A stretch of DNA of 64,000 nucleotides from a virus: IMG/VR virus record IMGVR_UViG_3300042429_001107. One strand, 5' to 3'. Below, in pieces: positions 49,143 through 59,674 of the stretch. Both the position numbers and the translations under genes were made by a program. The notes beneath the pieces were generated by a model. It saw nothing but the letters and a program-made list of their open reading frames with translations. It made no database searches and was not told the DNA's origin. Numbering within the stretch: position 1 is the stretch's first letter; the number at the start of each line of letters is the position of its first letter.

Positions 49143-50840
49143 ATGGATTTATTAGATAAGAACAAAGCAAAAATATCAGATCTATTATCACAGACTTTTG
49201 ATTTAATACAGGCAAGATATGGCATGTCTGAGCAACTATTTACTGTTGCTTCTGTTTGGGGACAAATAATATTTGTATTAGATAATCTATCCCAATTTAT
49301 TTTATTCTTTATTGAAGATTCAATAACAGAGCTTAATATAAATACAGCAACACGAGAATCATCTATATACGGATTAGCAACATTAGCTGGACACAACCCA
49401 ACAAGATCAATAGCAGCAAAGGGTGAGATTATAGTAAAATGGAACGGTAAAGGTCTAGAAAATATTGGGGGTGGAGCTATTCTTATACCCAATAATGCAC
49501 AGGTAAAATGTGTAAACAATGGTAGAACCTATCTTCTTAAATTAGGACAAGAATATGTTAGGATAAATCTTGATAACACAGCAACTTTATCTGCTTCAAT
49601 AATAGAAGGAACATTAAATACTAATCAATATACAGGAACAGGAAGAAAATTAGAAAGCTTTAATATATCGGCTAGAGGTACATCAGGAATAGAAAATTTT
49701 GAAGTTGCTGTTAGAGTAAACGGTAACACATGGAAGAAATATGATTCTTTATATGATATACCAAGAAATGCAAGAGGCTATATCGTAAAAAGTTCTTTAA
49801 TATCAGGTATAGATATTTTCTTCGGTACAGTAGATTTTGGGTTTCCCCCACCAGCTGGTTCTATAATAGAAGTTGATTATTTAGAGTGTGCTGGAGCGGG
49901 TGGTAATTTATTAGTAGATGATTCATCTCAAGCTCTTTTTAAATTTGATTCAGACGGAACTGATATATTTGGTAGAAATGTAACACTGAGTGAAGTTCTA
50001 CAAGTTGCCTGTACAATAGCTCCACAATTGGGAGCTAGTCAAGAGCCTATAGATTTAACAAGACTTCTTGCACCTAAAACATCTAGAAGTTTTGTTTTAG
50101 CAAACCCTACAAATTATATAACATTCTTCGAAAAATTTGGACAGTTTTCAATCATAGAAGCATTTACTACTTTTGATGATCAATACTTAGATGACGATAA
50201 TATTATCTATTTAATTCTTGTACCCGATATTCAATTAACACTAAAAACTAATGAAACATATTTTGATATTTCTCTTTCTAGATTCAAATTAACTAATGCT
50301 CAAAGAGATAGGATTTATCAGTTGTTAGATGAGAGTGGACAAAAAATAGTTACTACTGTGGTAAAAATATTAGATCCCGTACTTATTAAATATGTAGTAA
50401 ATATTGCTTTAACTATATTCGAAGGTAATGATCCTTCCACAATAAAAAACCAAATAACTAGTATATTAAGTGATTATTTTCTTAATATAAGAAGAAGAGA
50501 TAAAATACCTAGATCTGATTTAATTGCAGCAATTGAGTCTATTTCAGGAGTGGATTCGGTTTCTCTTTACTTTGTAGGAGAGGCTAATGAATTAGCCAAA
50601 TCACAAAGTCCAAATTCTCCAGATATTGGATTCGATGAATTTGGCGATATTGTTATGGGTAAAGACGAAATTGTTGTTATATCTGGCGGATGGGAAGATA
50701 GGAATGGTATTTATTATGACTACGGAGCTGGTATGGACACTCTATCTTCAGTGAATATAGATATTAGATCTATTGTACCAGTAACTTATAATACTAAAGT
50801 AAATAATATATTAAAAAGCTCACTAAATACAGGAAACTAA
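49143..50840 (+). CDS. Baseplate wedge protein, gp6/baseplate-J-like
   Basis: ELNINTA..ESSIYGLA..GHNPTRSIAAKG, IFFG..FG.PP, ISGVDSV. Confidence 0.85.
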   Translation: MDLLDKNKAKISDLLSQTFDLIQARYGMSEQLFTVASVWGQIIFVLDNLSQFILFFIEDSITELNINTATRESSIYGLATLAGHNPTRSIAAKGEIIVKWNGKGLENIGGGAILIPNNAQVKCVNNGRTYLLKLGQEYVRINLDNTATLSASIIEGTLNTNQYTGTGRKLESFNISARGTSGIENFEVAVRVNGNTWKKYDSLYDIPRNARGYIVKSSLISGIDIFFGTVDFGFPPPAGSIIEVDYLECAGAGGNLLVDDSSQALFKFDSDGTDIFGRNVTLSEVLQVACTIAPQLGASQEPIDLTRLLAPKTSRSFVLANPTNYITFFEKFGQFSIIEAFTTFDDQYLDDDNIIYLILVPDIQLTLKTNETYFDISLSRFKLTNAQRDRIYQLLDESGQKIVTTVVKILDPVLIKYVVNIALTIFEGNDPSTIKNQITSILSDYFLNIRRRDKIPRSDLIAAIESISGVDSVSLYFVGEANELAKSQSPNSPDIGFDEFGDIVMGKDEIVVISGGWEDRNGIYYDYGAGMDTLSSVNIDIRSIVPVTYNTKVNNILKSSLNTGN

Positions 50841-50841
50841 T

Positions 50842-51087
50842 ATGGACAAACAGAGTTGGTACGAATTTATAGAATCACAAAATGATGATAGATCAAATAA
50901 AGGATTTGATTACGAAGGAAAGATCTTTGAAAAGACACTTTCTAACCAAATAATAAATGGTGATAATAATAGAGTAGATATATTAGCAAGTATAGAGAAA
51001 GTTGTTTATAAATTATTTGAAACCACTAAATACATAAAGAACTATATTAATTATACAGTTCCTAAAAATAATAAGTACGTAAGATAG
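50842..51087 (+). CDS. Small hypothetical (baseplate-associated) protein
   Basis: 1-nt gaps to both neighbours. Confidence 0.7.
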   Translation: MDKQSWYEFIESQNDDRSNKGFDYEGKIFEKTLSNQIINGDNNRVDILASIEKVVYKLFETTKYIKNYINYTVPKNNKYVR

Positions 51088-51088
51088 G

Positions 51089-54000
51089 ATGACAACTCAA
51101 AATCTTTTATTTTTTAATAAAAAAGGGGATCAATATAATTTTCAATGGAATGGAAATTATTGGGAAGGTGCAGTTCTTTTTCCTATTGTTTCAGAAAAAC
51201 TTTTTGAAGTAGATAACATATTTATAATAGAAAAATTTTTAGATCTTTCTTCTGATATAAAATACGGATATCCTCATGCAGAATTAACAAGTCCAGGATC
51301 TCCTGTATGGAGAACAAGATGGGAATCTGACTATGACGGAACAACAGATGTATCTTCCACAATTTACACTTATGAACTTGGTGTAGATTCTGTTTTAGAT
51401 GCTCCTGTATTAGTTAAAGCTAATAGTGTAGAGTTTTATCCGGAATTAGTACCAGGAGACACTATATCATCTCCTGAAGGTATAGTTGTAACATCAGATA
51501 TCACTTCATCTTCAATGCAAATTAATATTGCGCTTAATTCTGATAGTGAAGGAATATACGATCGCACATTAATATTTGAGGATTATACAGATCCTAATAA
51601 TCCTGCTACTATTTTAAGAGTTAGTTTTCATGGTGAGGTTGAAGGAGAAGATAGTAGATTGGCTGTTATGCTCGGAAACTTTGGTAGAGAATTTACCAAA
51701 TCCGACGCATTCATAGTTAGAGATGGTGATATTAAAGAACCGTTACCTGACTATGAAATAATCAATAAGAAAAGGAAGGAGCTATTATTAGAAGGAGAGA
51801 GTATATTTCCTTACTTAGGATCTTATAAATCGCTTTTTAATGCGATTAAATTCTTTGGCTATTATGATTTAAGGGTTAAAGAATATTGGCTTAATATAAA
51901 GACTGATACAGCTGATACATTAACTCCTTTACAACAGAATAATAATATATTAAACCAACTTGCTAAACCTAATATGCAAGGAGAAAGCTCTTTGGAACTT
52001 ATAAGTAGTTTATTAAAAGACGAAAATCAAGGTAAATTTAAACAGGTAGAGGTTTACGGAAAAAGAAAAGATGGTACTTTCGGATTAAAAAAACAATTTG
52101 AAGAAATATTCCCAACTAAATCTTACAAGAAGACTTCTCTATTTGGACTTTTTTATGATATTAATCGTGTAGTAGAAGGGCAAGACGAGGATCAATATGG
52201 ATACCCTATTGTTGAGGATTCTTTTGTTTTTAGTCCAGAGGAGGTTTTAATTAAATTATTCGGATTAAAAGAAAGATTAAAGAGAGATTATTTGCCACTT
52301 AATGCTAGAATTGTTGATATAACTGGTGAGGGTGTATATTTCAATATCTATAAAACAAGAGGTTGGACAGACGTACTAGATGTTTCTGAAGTAAAGGCAG
52401 GTATACAAGTAGACTTTAGTGTATTTCCTAAAGAAGGTTATATTGAGGATTTAAGAGTATTTTATACTAAACCCAATCAATCTGGTATATTATACCCTGC
52501 TGTAAATGGAACAGAGCTAGGAATAAGTTATTATGGTAATACCGTGGATCCTTATTCTTATTTTCAAGAATATCCTATATCGGCTATTCCTTTATTAAAG
52601 ACTGCAGTTGATAGTTACTATCAAGATATAGATAATGGAGAAATGCCTAAATTTTTAGGCGATGGCGATTACAATCCTCCGGGATATAAGTTATTCTCTG
52701 ATGGGTCTGATTATGTGCTTCCTGCAGGATGTCCTGTGATAATAAAAAATAATACATTCAATCTTTCTTGGGATGAAACAGGAGTAAGCTGGAGATCTTT
52801 AGATTCAACAGTTACTACAACACCTTTAGAAGTTGCAGACTATAATTCAACTACATCTAGTAATCCGGGGGGTCAATTACAGATTGTTAACAGTACAACT
52901 TCTTTAATACTAGATCCTTCACTCCCTAATGGTATAAATATAAATATAGGTACAGGTAAAGATTGGTTTGATACCACATTACCTGAGACATTATTTGTGA
53001 GAATTGAATCTATAGATTCTCCTGGAAATTTATACTTAGGATATGTTAGTGCTGGAGATTATAATACAGTTACTGGTAATCTATTTGTACAGGTAGTTTA
53101 TACTAGAGGCACAGGAACTTATGCTAATTGGAATGTCACTCCTACAAATATAGGATTTAGTGCATACACTTTTGAATACTATGAGAATTTTGTACAATCT
53201 GGGGGATTCTATTCTTGGGATAGATTACCTTATTTAGATTTCTATGAAATAGAATGGACAATATACAAAGAAGATAGTAGACCTTATTACTTTCAAATTA
53301 GAGGAAAATTACCAGAATTAGAAACACTAGTGCATTTCTTACCTTATGATGGTAATTACAATGTTAAATGTAGGGTTTGGGACACTTTAAATTCAATTTC
53401 TTTAGGAATAAAAAGAAGTGTAATAAAAGTCAATAAGAGACAAATAGAACTTAATACACTTACAAGATTTAGAGAATCGGAAGTTTATGATTGGAATAAT
53501 GTTCCTTTGAAATGGGAAAGTTATCCTTCACAATGGATATTCCCTGTAGAGAATACTAATAAGATATTAGATATTTCAGATTTTATACAAAAATATCCGG
53601 AGTATTCTAATAATTTTAGTGAGGGACAAACATGTGAAATATTAACTAAATTACCGGAAGTAAAAGCCACATCAACTTTTGATATTTCGATAATTAAAAT
53701 CAATATAACAAATATAGTTAGTCCTTATAATTCGGGATACAGTTTAGCTGTAGTTACTACTACAACTCCTCATGGATATACAACAGGAGATACTGTATGG
53801 ATTTACGATTCTGTTGGAGCTCCTTATGGACAATTTCCTATAATAGTAACAGGGACAAACACATACGAAATCCCACAAATAATAACTACCTCCATTACTG
53901 GTGGTTATTCTTATGGCGCTGGTAGTATAAAAGTGATAGCTGATTCAATAGTTATTGCAGATTGTAATTTCATGGGGGATTTAAACTCCACTTGTAGTTT

Positions 54001-57000
54001 AATATATTCATCAATAAACCTTTCATTGGTAACTCCAAAATGTAAGGTGATAAATTTAATAGATTCTAATATTTCTGGTTATAAGACTTTCACTATACAG
54101 GCTCCTAATGATTCGGGTGATATATTTAATGGCAAATCTTTAATTTTACAAACAACGGGGTCAATAATAGCAACACCAACAGTGACTTCTTTCTCTGGAG
54201 GATTAAACCAGAGAGAAGAATATCTTTCATATGATTTTAATACAATTCCAAATTCCATAATGAAATATTGGGGTACTAAGAGATTATCATGGGATACATT
54301 TGAAGATTTTGAATTCCAAAAAGCATATGCTCACACTTGGGATATGTATGATTACCATAATGATTGGTTAGGTGGATTTGATTTATACTCTTTACAGTAT
54401 GGTGACAGAGTGAAAGTTACTGATGATTCTACGGGTATTGTATTTGGAGAAACAGATTCACCTATTAATAGTTATTTGGATCTTTCCGAAGCTGCAGATC
54501 AACTTAATGATTCAATCGATGATAATATAAAAAGATTTGATTATATAGTTAGAGGATTTTCTGAATTACCAAATAGGTTTTACCCTAATGGCGATCCTAT
54601 ATCTCCAGATTTAAGTACTAATCCTGGACCTCAAAATATTAGATCTACATTTTATAAAATCCCTGAATACTCACCTGTAGCATTTTTACCTACAGGAATT
54701 GCTTGGGATGGTGATGGGGATATATGGATAACAGGAGAAGACGTAGTAAAATTTGATGGTGCTAATTATGTTACATATAATTCTGCTAACAGTGTTTTAC
54801 CAGGGATTGGCCTATCTACTAATTGTATAAAAATAGACAGAAACGATGTTAAATGGATTGGTTTAGAAAATAGCCTTAATCCGCTTGTTAAAATAGATGA
54901 TAAGGATCCCACAAATAGCATTGCATATTCTGTTAGTGATTTTGTTGATAATGGTGGTAATCCAGTTTCTCCAGTAATAGCTTCGAGTATACATGCAATT
55001 GAAATAAATCCGCAGTCGGGAGATATATTTGCTGCATTTGTTTGTAATGCTTCACCTTCCTATGATGGACTTTTATTCTACGATTCATATGCTAAATCGT
55101 GGCATCTTTATACGGTATTAAATTCTAATATTCCTTCTGATAATATAAGAGATATTAGATTGGAATATTACGGAATAAATAAATGGTATCTTTGGATTGC
55201 TACTGATACAGGTCTTTCTAAATTTAATGGTGTAGATTTTAAAAATTACGACACAACAAATTCTGGTATTCCTTCCAATTCAATTTATTCTATAGAGCTT
55301 GATTCATTGAATCATAAATGGTTAGGCACAGCAGATGGATTAGTTTATTGGGATAATATAAGATGGGCAGTATGGAATAATGCTACTAATCCTGAACTAT
55401 CTTTAGGTACATTCGGTAATATAGTGGAAACTGGAAATGCTAATATATGGTTTACTATAGATCCTTCAACTTCTCCTGGAGACACAGAATTATATTTCTT
55501 TGACGGATACTTTTTCACTAAAGTACTATATAGAAATGACGGAACAACATTAATAAATCCTTGCAATATATTTCATGGAAAAACTCTTCTTTCTGCTCCT
55601 TGGAAAACTATTAAAAATGGTGAAACCACTTACCCTAAAAATTTACTACTTGTTACAGATCTTGGAGAACTTGCTAAGATTGATTATGTGATACCACATA
55701 TACATGCCACTTCAAAATTTCCGGGCACACAAGGATGGGATTTCGTTTATCATGATACTTCTACACCTTTACCTGCGGTTCAATACATTTATAATGGAGG
55801 CATTGGATTCTCTCAATTAGGATTTAACTTTATTATAGGTAACGGAGGAGACAATCTCACACTAAACTCTGATTACACTAGACCTGTCATGCCTAACGTA
55901 GATAAATACTCTTGGTATAAGCCTATTTGGCAGCGTTATAACATACATAAACTGAAAGACCAGTTTCCATCTTTAAACCTTAACGATGTCTTCTTATACG
56001 CTCCGCTACGAGATATTATAGAGGGAAAAGCAACCAAAGAAAGTTACTGGAGAAATTCACAAATAGAAAGAATAGCACAGAAGAAGTCTAGAAATCTTTT
56101 TGAGAATTTTGAATGGATAATCACATTGGGGAATAGCCAACCAGATCAAGGTGTTAAAGTCACCGTTGATAAAGAAGGCGATGTGATTGCAATAGGAGAC
56201 TTTCAAGGAACAATATTCATGGGAGAGGTTAATAACATAGGTACACAGGACGTTTATTTAACTAGTGCAGATTCTGGTGTTTATATTAGTAAGTATAATA
56301 AAGGAGGGGTTTTACAGTGGGCAAGATCCATCTCTACAACTTCACCACAAGGACCGATATATGCTAGATCGGTTACGACCGATGTAAATTCTAATGTTTA
56401 TGTAGCAAGTGATAACAATCTTACTGGATTCATAGAAATTGATAAGTATAATAGTTCTGGGCTTCTTTTAAACACTGTTAATATACCAATATCTCCCGAT
56501 CAATTCTTAGGTGATATTAAAGTTGATAAGTACGAGAACATTTATATCTGTGGAGGATTCCAAGGCACATTAAATCTAGGAATTCACACCTTGTCATCGT
56601 CACAGGATGTAGGATTTATTGCTAAAATGGATTCAACCCTAAATTTTGTATGGGCAAAAGAACTAGACTCTACTACCTATTCAAGAGCTTATGAATTAAC
56701 TATTATGAATGAGTCTGATATTTATATTACTGGATTATTCCAAAATGATATAGATCTAGGAGCTATTTCTTTAACAGGAGTCGGTATTCCTGATATGTTT
56801 GTTGGTAAATTTTACTCAGGGGATGGTGCTTGTATATGGGCAGAATCATTTGCTTATGATGCTTCAACATCTTTCGTTTCTCCTTCTATTTGTTTAGATC
56901 CTAAGGGACATATATTAATTACAGGATCTTTCCAAGGAACTATGACAATACAGAATAGCAAAATCACATCATTCCCTGGATACGATGATATATTTGTTGT

Positions 57001-57853
57001 TAAAATTCTTTCAACTGGGAAATTAATATGGCTTAAAATGTGCGGAGGAGCATCAGGAGACACTTCCCATGATATAGAAAGCGATTCAGAAGAGAATGTT
57101 TATATAACAGGATCTTATACATCTGGTTCTTATTTTTCACCAGAGGAGATTGATTCAAGAGGAGGCACAGACATATACTTAACTAAATTTAATAAAGACG
57201 GAACTTTAGTAGATATAGTTACTGCTGGCGGAATTAATAATGATTCGGGTGCAGATCTTGTACTTGATTCAGAGGAGAATATTTATATAACAGGTTACTT
57301 TGAAGGCGAAGCTGAATTTTCACCTTATGTAGTTACATCTCCTCCCGGAGGTAGTCTTGATGCTTTCTTGGGTAAAATACCAAAGGAAAGATTTAATTCA
57401 GGCTATAAGATAGGAGCAGTTCAATCTTGGTTAGGGTCTCATTCATGGGCATGGAAGGAAGAAAAATTCTTCCAAGAAGAATTTGAAATACCTTTAGCTA
57501 CCACTATATTTATAAATCCTATTGATTCTTTAGTACCTGGTAAGAAAGATCATATATGGACTTTAACTGATACTGAAACAGGGGAAGTCATAGCTAAGAT
57601 TAGAAAGACACCATATTTTATATGGACATTTGTAAATTCCGGATTTTATACAATCTCTTGTGAATTACAGGATGCTAATGGTAATCTTTATCAAACTGAG
57701 CACAAAGGAAAAATTAGAGTGATAGATCATAAAAATCCTACTGCTGGTGATTTAATTCCCGAGATAGTTAATCCTGAAGATTATCTTCTGAGATCAATAT
57801 ATTATGATAGAAAAGAAATGGGGTTTCCGCCTTTGTCTAAATTTGAAATTTAA
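51089..57853 (+). CDS. Large baseplate wedge (gp7-like) protein carrying beta-propeller repeats and PKD-like domains
   Basis: GSYKSLFNAIKFFGY follows gp6; Y...NS.LP/IP...I..D....KW.GT repeats; D.E.N.YITG repeats; C-terminal G.YTIS. Confidence 0.7.
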   Translation: MTTQNLLFFNKKGDQYNFQWNGNYWEGAVLFPIVSEKLFEVDNIFIIEKFLDLSSDIKYGYPHAELTSPGSPVWRTRWESDYDGTTDVSSTIYTYELGVDSVLDAPVLVKANSVEFYPELVPGDTISSPEGIVVTSDITSSSMQINIALNSDSEGIYDRTLIFEDYTDPNNPATILRVSFHGEVEGEDSRLAVMLGNFGREFTKSDAFIVRDGDIKEPLPDYEIINKKRKELLLEGESIFPYLGSYKSLFNAIKFFGYYDLRVKEYWLNIKTDTADTLTPLQQNNNILNQLAKPNMQGESSLELISSLLKDENQGKFKQVEVYGKRKDGTFGLKKQFEEIFPTKSYKKTSLFGLFYDINRVVEGQDEDQYGYPIVEDSFVFSPEEVLIKLFGLKERLKRDYLPLNARIVDITGEGVYFNIYKTRGWTDVLDVSEVKAGIQVDFSVFPKEGYIEDLRVFYTKPNQSGILYPAVNGTELGISYYGNTVDPYSYFQEYPISAIPLLKTAVDSYYQDIDNGEMPKFLGDGDYNPPGYKLFSDGSDYVLPAGCPVIIKNNTFNLSWDETGVSWRSLDSTVTTTPLEVADYNSTTSSNPGGQLQIVNSTTSLILDPSLPNGININIGTGKDWFDTTLPETLFVRIESIDSPGNLYLGYVSAGDYNTVTGNLFVQVVYTRGTGTYANWNVTPTNIGFSAYTFEYYENFVQSGGFYSWDRLPYLDFYEIEWTIYKEDSRPYYFQIRGKLPELETLVHFLPYDGNYNVKCRVWDTLNSISLGIKRSVIKVNKRQIELNTLTRFRESEVYDWNNVPLKWESYPSQWIFPVENTNKILDISDFIQKYPEYSNNFSEGQTCEILTKLPEVKATSTFDISIIKINITNIVSPYNSGYSLAVVTTTTPHGYTTGDTVWIYDSVGAPYGQFPIIVTGTNTYEIPQIITTSITGGYSYGAGSIKVIADSIVIADCNFMGDLNSTCSLIYSSINLSLVTPKCKVINLIDSNISGYKTFTIQAPNDSGDIFNGKSLILQTTGSIIATPTVTSFSGGLNQREEYLSYDFNTIPNSIMKYWGTKRLSWDTFEDFEFQKAYAHTWDMYDYHNDWLGGFDLYSLQYGDRVKVTDDSTGIVFGETDSPINSYLDLSEAADQLNDSIDDNIKRFDYIVRGFSELPNRFYPNGDPISPDLSTNPGPQNIRSTFYKIPEYSPVAFLPTGIAWDGDGDIWITGEDVVKFDGANYVTYNSANSVLPGIGLSTNCIKIDRNDVKWIGLENSLNPLVKIDDKDPTNSIAYSVSDFVDNGGNPVSPVIASSIHAIEINPQSGDIFAAFVCNASPSYDGLLFYDSYAKSWHLYTVLNSNIPSDNIRDIRLEYYGINKWYLWIATDTGLSKFNGVDFKNYDTTNSGIPSNSIYSIELDSLNHKWLGTADGLVYWDNIRWAVWNNATNPELSLGTFGNIVETGNANIWFTIDPSTSPGDTELYFFDGYFFTKVLYRNDGTTLINPCNIFHGKTLLSAPWKTIKNGETTYPKNLLLVTDLGELAKIDYVIPHIHATSKFPGTQGWDFVYHDTSTPLPAVQYIYNGGIGFSQLGFNFIIGNGGDNLTLNSDYTRPVMPNVDKYSWYKPIWQRYNIHKLKDQFPSLNLNDVFLYAPLRDIIEGKATKESYWRNSQIERIAQKKSRNLFENFEWIITLGNSQPDQGVKVTVDKEGDVIAIGDFQGTIFMGEVNNIGTQDVYLTSADSGVYISKYNKGGVLQWARSISTTSPQGPIYARSVTTDVNSNVYVASDNNLTGFIEIDKYNSSGLLLNTVNIPISPDQFLGDIKVDKYENIYICGGFQGTLNLGIHTLSSSQDVGFIAKMDSTLNFVWAKELDSTTYSRAYELTIMNESDIYITGLFQNDIDLGAISLTGVGIPDMFVGKFYSGDGACIWAESFAYDASTSFVSPSICLDPKGHILITGSFQGTMTIQNSKITSFPGYDDIFVVKILSTGKLIWLKMCGGASGDTSHDIESDSEENVYITGSYTSGSYFSPEEIDSRGGTDIYLTKFNKDGTLVDIVTAGGINNDSGADLVLDSEENIYITGYFEGEAEFSPYVVTSPPGGSLDAFLGKIPKERFNSGYKIGAVQSWLGSHSWAWKEEKFFQEEFEIPLATTIFINPIDSLVPGKKDHIWTLTDTETGEVIAKIRKTPYFIWTFVNSGFYTISCELQDANGNLYQTEHKGKIRVIDHKNPTAGDLIPEIVNPEDYLLRSIYYDRKEMGFPPLSKFEI

Positions 57854-57861
57854 TAATTATT

Positions 57862-58134
57862 TCAATAACATTCATCTATTAATTTAGCCAATTTTATATC
57901 CTTTTCAGTTATTATATCTCCTGCATCATGAGTTGATAACTTGAGAGATATTTTGTTATAAATCCAATTAATTTCGGGATGATGTTTTTCCTCTTCACAT
58001 ATTATTGAAATCTCATTTATAAATTTTAAAGCCTGTTTAAAATCCTGAAAATTAAAATTTCTTTCCAGTTTATTATAAACTTCTGTCCAATCGGAATTTG
58101 ATTGGAATTTTTTATATGTCTTTAGATTTATCAT
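57862..58134 (-). CDS. Pterin-4-alpha-carbinolamine dehydratase (start probably 58134)
   Basis: F.DF..A..F, E..HHPE, YNK....LSTHDAG..IT.KD..LA..ID. Confidence 0.92.
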   Translation of the reverse strand: MINLKTYKKFQSNSDWTEVYNKLERNFNFQDFKQALKFINEISIICEEEKHHPEINWIYNKISLKLSTHDAGDIITEKDIKLAKLIDECY

Positions 58135-58144
58135 ATTATTAAAA

Positions 58145-59665
58145 TTATATAACATACCGTGAAACTAATCCTTTATACCAGTTTATTTCGCCTTGATCTA
58201 TTTTATAGTTTTCTCCCTTTATAAGTTGGTTATCTTTAGTAAATTCGGGACTTTCAAAATATGAAATTAACTCTCCTGGTTTAATTGCCTCTATTTTATC
58301 AATACAATCGCTGTTAATTAATGTTATTTCAACGCTCTGACCGTTCACTGTTTCATTTCCTGAGTGATAACCAGACATTCCGCAAATACTAGCTAATTTG
58401 TATTCTCTTTGGTCTATATCGCTATCGCTTTTATGGAAAAACTTAGTTCCTTTTTTTAGTGTTATTTTATAAACTGTTGGAAATAAATTTTGAGATAAAT
58501 TCGGGATAGGCCTATCAGCATCTAATCCGAATCTCAAATAGCAATAATAGAAAGCATATGGTATATTATTAGTTACATACATAACTTTTCCTGAAACCCT
58601 TTCCCTATATCCTCCTTCTTTATTGATAAGGTATGATACATTTTCTAAATTAAGATTATTAAAGTTTTGCCCAGAATAAACAATATTTCCACCAATTAAT
58701 CCATCTTCACTTTTTATGGCCACTTTAGTATCTTCAGTTCCTATTTCAACATATTCCATTCCATTCACATAATCCAAATTATTCATTGTCATATCCAATG
58801 CCATCTCTGATATTGTTTTATCTTTCAGATTTTCCTCAGCCCATGTTAATAAGTCCATACCCCATCCCGAAATTTGAAAGTTGGGTTTATCTGGTATTAT
58901 AGACATACCCCGTGACTTATTGAAGAGTTCTTCGTATCTACTTTGGACTTTATCATAGAGTTCAACTGTATTTACAAATTCGCCCGAGTTCCATTCAAAG
59001 CTTTTTAATTTATGATTTAACTCAATAGTATAAGCCTTGAATCTCTTAAATATGTCTGTTTCTAATATTTTTTTGTTTCCATCAGAAGCATTAAATTTAT
59101 CTATAAAAGCATATGTGTCTCTGTTCTTAAAATTAGGACTCCCGTCGATACAGCTAAAGAATTTATTAAACTCTTCTTTTTTTGATTCAAAATCATTTTT
59201 TATAAATGAAGAAATTTTGTTATATTTAGCGACATCTTCATTATATTTTTCTAACTCTTTAGTTAGTTTATTTTTTTGAACTACTTCTTTTATATTATCA
59301 TATTCTCTAATTATGTATTGATAGAGTGAGCTAATATACATAATTAGATATTCGGCATCATCTGATGATATTTCTCCTAGTTCTGAATACCAATCACCTG
59401 AATCGAGTATGGTTTTAAATTTCTCACGTAACCTAATAGCTATGTTCGAGCCTCCTTGATTATTTTTATCTATTTTTTGCTGTAGTCTATCGGAAAATTC
59501 TTTCTTTTCTTCGTCATTTAATCCCTCGTAAATGTCTCTTAATAGCTTTACCTGAGCATTTATTTCTTTTCTATCGGCTCCGGTAAAGCTCCTAGCTATT
59601 TTACTAAAAATGCCTTCATTAACATTACTATCGATAAAATCATTAAAACTTTTTATTCTTTTCAT
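58145..59665 (-). CDS. Protein with capsid-targeting-like N-terminus and C-terminal ADP-ribosyltransferase-like fold
   Basis: MKRIKSFNDF...VNE; IVYSG / GKVMYVT....A..Y / VYKITL / GMSGY / VEITLIN...I. Confidence 0.6.
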   Translation of the reverse strand: MKRIKSFNDFIDSNVNEGIFSKIARSFTGADRKEINAQVKLLRDIYEGLNDEEKKEFSDRLQQKIDKNNQGGSNIAIRLREKFKTILDSGDWYSELGEISSDDAEYLIMYISSLYQYIIREYDNIKEVVQKNKLTKELEKYNEDVAKYNKISSFIKNDFESKKEEFNKFFSCIDGSPNFKNRDTYAFIDKFNASDGNKKILETDIFKRFKAYTIELNHKLKSFEWNSGEFVNTVELYDKVQSRYEELFNKSRGMSIIPDKPNFQISGWGMDLLTWAEENLKDKTISEMALDMTMNNLDYVNGMEYVEIGTEDTKVAIKSEDGLIGGNIVYSGQNFNNLNLENVSYLINKEGGYRERVSGKVMYVTNNIPYAFYYCYLRFGLDADRPIPNLSQNLFPTVYKITLKKGTKFFHKSDSDIDQREYKLASICGMSGYHSGNETVNGQSVEITLINSDCIDKIEAIKPGELISYFESPEFTKDNQLIKGENYKIDQGEINWYKGLVSRYVI

Positions 59666-59674
59666 CTAAAATAA

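Noticed and set aside
30998-57853. Bacterial contractile injection system or eukaryotic giant virus
   Set aside because: A gp13-like neck protein, T4-like leaders and promoters, PhoH, S1 and operon packing fit a tailed phage better.
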